Shown here one piece after another: positions 57,701 through 64,000 of a DNA stretch of 64,000 nt; the stretch's first letter is position 1, and every line of letters begins with the position of its first letter. Under the pieces are notes generated by a model. It was given only the letters and a program-made list of their open reading frames with translations, was not told the DNA's origin and did not search any database. Source of the stretch: Naegleria gruberi (lineage: Eukaryota); the NCBI GenBank assembly GCA_000004985.1, contig GG738845.1. The stretch is one strand, 5' to 3'. A program made the position numbers and the translations under genes.

Positions 57701-58786
57701 GATATTCTGGAAAAAATGTCCAAATCAAAGGACTCTCTTTTCCATGACACTCTTTATCAATGGTTAATCGAGCACAATCTCTCTGAAAAGTTATTGAGTT
57801 TGAATACTCCATTTATTGAAAATTTCTTAATTAAGCAAAACAAGCATTATGAGGAGCTTTCTTCTTACTATTTTAATAATAGAAGGTATGATAAGGCAGC
57901 AAAGGTACTTCTTAAACTTGCTGAAACTAAAAGTGATGATGTTAACCTCGATGGAAGAATTCAACACCTCACCCATGCAATTAATTATGCCAAAGCAGCC
58001 CAAACACAGGATGATTTACTAAACAGCCTTCAAGATAAATTAGATGTAGCACTCATCCAACGAAGAGTTCTTAAGCAAATACAAGAAATCAACCATGACT
58101 CGAGTGATATTATTGCTGATTTGGAAAGCTCTCTCTTTGATATTAATACTCTTTATAATAAGTATGCAGAGCCTTTTGATTTGTTAGAGTCTAGACTTTG
58201 TATTCTTCACTGTGCAAAATATAAGAATCACGAGCTAATTCAAGATTTATGGAATGAATTGATTGATATCTCTATTAAAGAGAATAATCTTGAATCTAAG
58301 ATTATAAGTTTAGGAAAGGAACTTACTGGTATTTACTTCCCTCTTGAATTTATTTGTGGCCAATTAGAAAAGAGAACATTGGATTCAAATTTTGAAGCTG
58401 GTTGGGTGGTTAAACTAATGAGAGATAAAGTTGGTGTGAAATACACCAACTTGTACAATGCATACCACAACTTGTATATTTTACTTAGTCCAACCAAGTC
58501 AAAAGTTGGAAAGGATGTAAGCATGTTCTATAATCAAGGTAGATTCGAAAATCTTCCAGACACAAAAGAAATGGTGCTCAGAATTTTAGAAAATATTGCA
58601 AAGATTCTTGGTGATTGGCTAGGCGAAATTAACACACCATACGATTTGCAATACGTCCAAACTTTCTCATTGGGAGATATCAAGAAAGATGTTAATGAAT
58701 ATATTTCAGCCTTGAATTCATTCTCAAAGAGTTCTAAAACTGATGAAATCAAAAAGAATTTAAAGAACATTGTCAATAGTATTTAA
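54792..58786 (+). CDS. NUP155: Nucleoporin Nup155 (Nup170/Nup157 family); short first exon 54792-55056, 31-nt intron 55057-55087 (GTAACG..TAG), then a single 1232-aa exon
   Basis: N-terminal beta-propeller signature FVALPDPIFEEYRRLEYKCFMGIFPEIHRAWITIDNKFFIWSY, followed by an alpha-solenoid of the expected length. Confidence 0.8.
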
Positions 58787-58835
58787 TAAATTAACGGAAA
58801 CTTTCCCGCCTTTTGAATATAATTAAACAAAAAAA

Positions 58836-59879
58836 ATGGAATTGTTCGACATTGAAGAAGCCATAATGAACCACCAAACCAAGAGTATTTCGGATCATGA
58901 TCAAGTAACAATAGAAAAACCATCAAACACAAGTAATCACACACAAGATGAACAAGCAGAAAATCACACACCACTAATTTTACATGATCCGCTTACCCAC
59001 TCCGTTGAGCATAACAACTCGGATACAATGAACACTTCATTAACGGATGAACCAATGGAACCTGTCACAAATAGTAACATTGAAAAGCAAACATCTTGTT
59101 CATCTCCTTCTATTCCCACATCAATAACTAATAATTCTATGTCTGCATCACCTTCAGAACAGCTAAACACTTCTTTTGAACAAATTAGACAACCGGAAGA
59201 GCAACAATTGCATCGTTTTGCAGAGGACAAAGAAGAACTAGGAAGATATCACTCCCTGAAGCAAGCCATTGATACCATGTTCAAAAATGTAATGAATATG
59301 CGGGGCACTAATGTTCAATCACATAGAAATGAGACCCCTTTTGATATTGCTGTATCTCAATTCCCCAAACAATTTCTTCAAAAATACGAAAGTGCAATGC
59401 TAGAAGTTTTCATAGCAATGCAAAAACGAGAATCAGAAGGTTTCCTGGAAGAATGTAGCCATTACTTGAAAGAAAGAGGGGTCAGACAAAAACTGAATGC
59501 TCTAGATCGAACACATAAATTGAGTGATTGTATAGTTTATATGAAAAGAGGCACAGTCCTTAGCCAAACGGAATCTAGTTACGTTGTTTTATCAAAAGAG
59601 TTGGAAGATGAAAATTTAATGAAGAAAAAAACCTGTCTTTCCCAATTACAAGATTACCTCCAAATCAAGAAGCAATTTCTACAAGAAATACAAAACCATA
59701 ACAATCACGTAAGGCATATGAATGAGGAACTAAGGAAAAAGAATGATTTCCTTATGGAATGTATTCAAACCAGCCTATTACCCGATCTGAAATCGAAACT
59801 TTCTCCAATACTCTCTTCATGCGAAAACATAGATGATTATTGCAATAGAGCACAATCACAACAATCCTCATACAACTAG
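58836..59879 (+). CDS. Hypothetical protein, 347 aa, with an S/T/N-rich N-terminus and a helical C-terminus
   Basis: ORF with an A-run before the ATG. No similarity recognised. Confidence 0.45.
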   Translation: MELFDIEEAIMNHQTKSISDHDQVTIEKPSNTSNHTQDEQAENHTPLILHDPLTHSVEHNNSDTMNTSLTDEPMEPVTNSNIEKQTSCSSPSIPTSITNNSMSASPSEQLNTSFEQIRQPEEQQLHRFAEDKEELGRYHSLKQAIDTMFKNVMNMRGTNVQSHRNETPFDIAVSQFPKQFLQKYESAMLEVFIAMQKRESEGFLEECSHYLKERGVRQKLNALDRTHKLSDCIVYMKRGTVLSQTESSYVVLSKELEDENLMKKKTCLSQLQDYLQIKKQFLQEIQNHNNHVRHMNEELRKKNDFLMECIQTSLLPDLKSKLSPILSSCENIDDYCNRAQSQQSSYN

Positions 59880-59903
59880 TTGGAGAAACTATATAGTGTC
59901 ACT

Positions 59904-62900
59904 TTATTGGAAATTTACGGATATCTCAGTATTGTTTTCCATAAATACAAACTCTGCAATGTAATAAATAGCATGAGGAGAAATTGTGTGATTTTTCCCA
60001 ATTCTTTCTTTAAAGTAAAATCCTTCGATGAACCAATCAAACACATTATCTACCATAAAGCCAAAATTGTCGTTCAAGTCGTACAACTTTTGTGGTTCAG
60101 GGAAATGAAAAAGTGCTTTTGGATTTTTGCATACAGTCCTTGCCTCCACTACCTTATCAAAAAGGGAATAGAATTTAATTCTTTCTGTCTCTGTAGTATC
60201 ACATTTTACATTAAATACAATCTTTCCTTGATTTTCATCCTCCATCATATCTGAGTCTTGTCTTATTATGTGAAATTGGTAATAGGTTATTGGAGCTTTA
60301 AATATATGGTCAACTGTCACATGTCGTTTCTGTTCATAGAATAGAATGCTTCCATGTTTGTTAATAAATAACTGCTTGGGTATTTGATCAGGTAATTGGA
60401 TCGGTATTTTTTCCATTGAAACAGAGATGGTTTTGTTCGTAGAGAATATTGGAAGACTAAGGCTCATACTTTTGTTAGATTTCTTTAAAATGTTTCCATA
60501 TGCGCGAGAAATGAGCTCAGAACTACTAGTAGTTCCTACATTTTTGAATTGAGTGTTCAACTGATTTACCCATTTTTTTCTTTTTTCGGCTTGTATTGGA
60601 TCAAATTTTTGGTTCTTTTCTAAGTTAACTCTAATTTTGTTGTTTTCTATTTGTATGTTTAGAGCAATCTCATTATAATATCTGTTCTCCTCGGTTTCGA
60701 ATATCTCATCTTTAGTTAGACGAGAAGTGTGCGTCTTAGTAGCTCTGAGTTTAATAGAAGGAGCTCTTGGTTTTTGTAGTGTTGGAGGGATATATACAGT
60801 TATATCAGAATCCATTCCACCTATTTCATTTGAAAATGTACCATCATCAATATTTTGAGGTTCTGTAGGTTGAATGGATCCTTGGATTGGTGGATTGGTG
60901 GTTGTAAGCACATGAAGATCTTCAAATACTATATTCATACTGGCATGATTATCTGTATCTATCTGTTCATGTGCTGAGTTTTGTACAACGTTAGAAGATG
61001 TTTCTTCAATAAGAATAGGTGCAACTTCAGTTTCTTTCTTACGTTTTGGAATTTTCACGCTTGCCAAATCTACTGTTTCATCTGTATGTTGTGATATGAT
61101 GGTTGGAATTTTGATAATACACGACAAATTTGAATTTTCATTTTCTATTGCTTTTTTCTTTTCCTCTTTCTTTTTTTCCTTTTTTTCCTTTTTTTCTTTC
61201 TTTTCTTTTTTCTCTTCTTTCTTTTTCTCCTTCTTTTCTTTCTTCTCTTTCTTCTCTTTTTTTTCTTTCTTTTCTTTCTTTTCTTTTTTCTCCTCTTTTC
61301 TATCTTCTCTTTTTGATTTATCTTCCTTCATTTTCTTATCATCCTTAACTTTATCTTCTCCTTTCTTTTTAATAGATGGCAGTGGAATGTCCATAGAAGG
61401 AGAAAAAATACCAATAGGACCCTCGGATGATGTGCTGGGTTGTATTGGTTGAGTACTTGGATATATTGAGGTACTACTTGGAGGTAGAGGTGGAGGAAGT
61501 ACCAATTGCATTGGTTGAACTGTTTGAGTACTTGGGTATGTTGATGGAGGAGATTGCACAGTTGAAGGAGTTGGGTTTCAGGAACCTCTCGCTGAAGTGT
61601 ATTATTCTCTAAATTATTTTCCAAAAAAACTGGAGAAGGAGGTTTGATTTCAGGTTTGGTTTTCTTTGCTATTTTTGGAATGTCATGAAAGGCTGTTGTC
61701 TGTATTAATACACTTGTAGATGATTTAACATCTGTAATTGGATTAGGGAATTTTTCAGACTCATTAATAGGAGTCTCTAATATACGAGTGGTGTTTAGCT
61801 CATTAACAGGCACAGGGGGGATACTGTCTTTTGGTGACTGTTTTCTGTTTGACTTTATCTCATTGTCTGAATCAGAAGATTCTGTTTCTTCATCCTCCGA
61901 GTTAATAATTTTTTTGGACAATGGTCTAGATTCTCTTGGTTCTTCCTTTTCAATAGTAGGTTGGGAAACTGTTGGGGGTGTAATCGAAACAGGAATTTCG
62001 TATGACATAGTTCCCGGAGATAGTTCAGTAATCTTCTTTGTGTGCAATAAACTTTCAACATCGGCCATAAATTTTATCATTGCTTTTGTTGCCTTTGTGG
62101 TTTTTTTTGTTGTTACTTTTTCCACTTCATGTTTTACACATTTAGTTATGTGCGATAAATCTGATATCAGTGCATCCACATTCCTATAGAAATGACTCTG
62201 TAGTCTACCAGATACAGTAGCAAATAGCATTGGATGGGGAGTATTTTGAAGAAATGGAAGGTTTGAGCATTCAGAATTTGTGAAATCTGTTAAAATTTGT
62301 GCTACTTTTGTTTCAAGTGTAGGATCTATTTTTGGTAGTACTTTTTTCGCTTCTTCTTCTACTTCTTTGATTTCCCAAACACTAATATCTTCCGTGTCAT
62401 TTGTATCCCATGAGATGTGCAAGGTTTCAAATAGGCAATGAGGTTCATTAGGTTTAGTTTTGATCTCTTGAATTAAACCAGTGTAGGGAATTGGTAGCTT
62501 TGTAGTGGCATCAATAAAATCCATAGTTATTGACATTTTATCTCTGAGTGATTTATAGTATTGTGCTGATTTCAAATAGTGTTCGTATGTGATAATGAAT
62601 GGCCTACAATCCGAATAGCATAAATCAAAATTAAGAGTATCACCAACCTTTACCGAGTAAGGCAAAGTACTGTTGAGAATTTCCTCTTTCATGATTTCTT
62701 TTACTGTGAGTGTTAGAGTAAAAAAATTAAATCTACTTGGTTTTAATCCATTTTGTGACTTTGATATTAAACTATCCAATTCAGTGATGAAAACATTCTT
62801 GTATTCGATTTTGGATATGATACACCTAGTAGAAGGGGGAAATTTAGATACATCCCTCTTAAATCCATTAGGTGTTTGTTTAGTTTGAAAATATTTTAGA

Positions 62901-63259
62901 AAAAATGGAAGTACAGTGTGTTTTGTAACACTTTCACAATAGGAGATATACCCATCCCTAATGAAAACAATATCATCACCCAATTGTGGGACATAGAATT
63001 GAGTAGGTTTGTAGTCTGTTTCAAATGCAATATGAACAGATTGCTCCAAAGTTTGTTTAAAGTCATCAAAATAAGTGTCATAATCCTTATTAGCTTCCTC
63101 CTTCACTGAGAGAGTTCCGTTTTTATACTCATAAACTTGTTTCGATTTAGATCTTGTAGTTTTTGTTTTTTTTCTTGTGTTTTCACTTTGTACGTGTTCA
63201 TTGTCACTATCATCGGTTGATTCCGATCCCGTACTTTTTGATGGTTGTTTTCTCTTCAT
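59904..63259 (-). CDS. Large chromatin-type protein with a PHIP/BRWD-like CryptoTudor motif, a degenerate bromodomain-like segment, a P/S/T-rich region, an (EKK)n repeat and a conserved C-terminal domain. It is split across track ORFs 61328..63259 and 59904..61559 by an apparent frameshift near 61560-61600.
   Basis: Motif YVPQLGDDIVFIRDGYISY, and LQSHFYRNVDALISDLSHITKCVKHE resembling a bromodomain C-terminal helix. The coding-looking frame switches around 61560-61600 with no in-frame GT..AG intron. Confidence 0.5.
61140..61330. repeat. Coding microsatellite of about 190 bp, polypyrimidine (CTT/CTC-rich) on the plus strand, encoding (EKK)n / KEKKEKKEKK on the minus strand
   Basis: Direct reading of the sequence; translated as EKKEKKEKKEKK... 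in track ORF 59904..61559. Confidence 0.85.
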
Positions 63260-63351
63260 TTTTTTAATTATTAATAATATTCAAAAATAATATTCTGATG
63301 ATATTAAAATTTTCCAACATACAACAAATTCCATACAACAAAAAAAATATC

Positions 63352-64000
<649 letters not shown>

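Noticed and set aside
61140-61330. Short tandem repeat that could be mistaken for a CRISPR-like or other repeat array
   Set aside because: It is a 3-bp-periodic polypyrimidine microsatellite inside a long ORF, encoding (EKK)n. There are no spacers, and the context is a eukaryotic genome.

Overview
This is a eukaryotic nuclear window, not prokaryotic. It is AT-rich (about 28-30% GC) and was read with the standard genetic code; TAA is the usual stop. About 33 protein-coding genes fill 64 kb, roughly 90% coding. Intergenic spacers are mostly 20-100 bp, and convergent stop codons lie 11-56 bp apart. Nearly every ATG is preceded by an A-rich run. Introns are few (about one per gene) and very short (26-71 nt); most have GTAAGT, GTAGGT or GTGAGT donors, and the few non-GT or non-canonical calls (for example a GTACTT donor in gene L) are flagged individually in the findings. 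Three N-runs (50, 51 and 328 nt) mark a scaffolded draft assembly. The ORF track uses TTG/GTG/CTG as starts and cannot see splicing, so several track ORFs are fragments of one gene and its overlapping ORFs are artefacts. Genes recognised by conserved motifs: inositol polyphosphate 5-phosphatase, Pol III subunit RPC8, the XPB/ERCC3 helicase, a pentatricopeptide-repeat (PPR) protein, a Efm4-like methyltransferase, a KDM3-like JmjC protein carrying extra ZZ zinc fingers, the axonemal protein DRC1, IWS1/Spn1, FAM91, a mitochondrial-type Obg GTPase, an ELO fatty-acid elongase, a two-pore K+ channel, an AP-1-like sigma adaptin, the Brix protein RPF2, an RNase-PH exosome subunit, BRF1, MAU2/SCC4, Nup155 and RuvB-like 1. 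DRC1 and a 1764-aa protein with a C-terminal ASH/MSP-like motif point to a flagellated organism, and the Obg GTPase with a presequence-like N-terminus points to mitochondria (the PPR protein is organellar-type). The taxon cannot be assigned from sequence alone. The one mobile-element candidate is a 506-bp MITE-like insertion (10653..11158) with perfect 14-bp inverted ends (G8-AGATCT) and an 8-bp target duplication (GTTTATTG), sitting in a divergent promoter. I found no multi-gene defence or biosynthetic system; the unusual aspects are genome architecture and a few individual genes.
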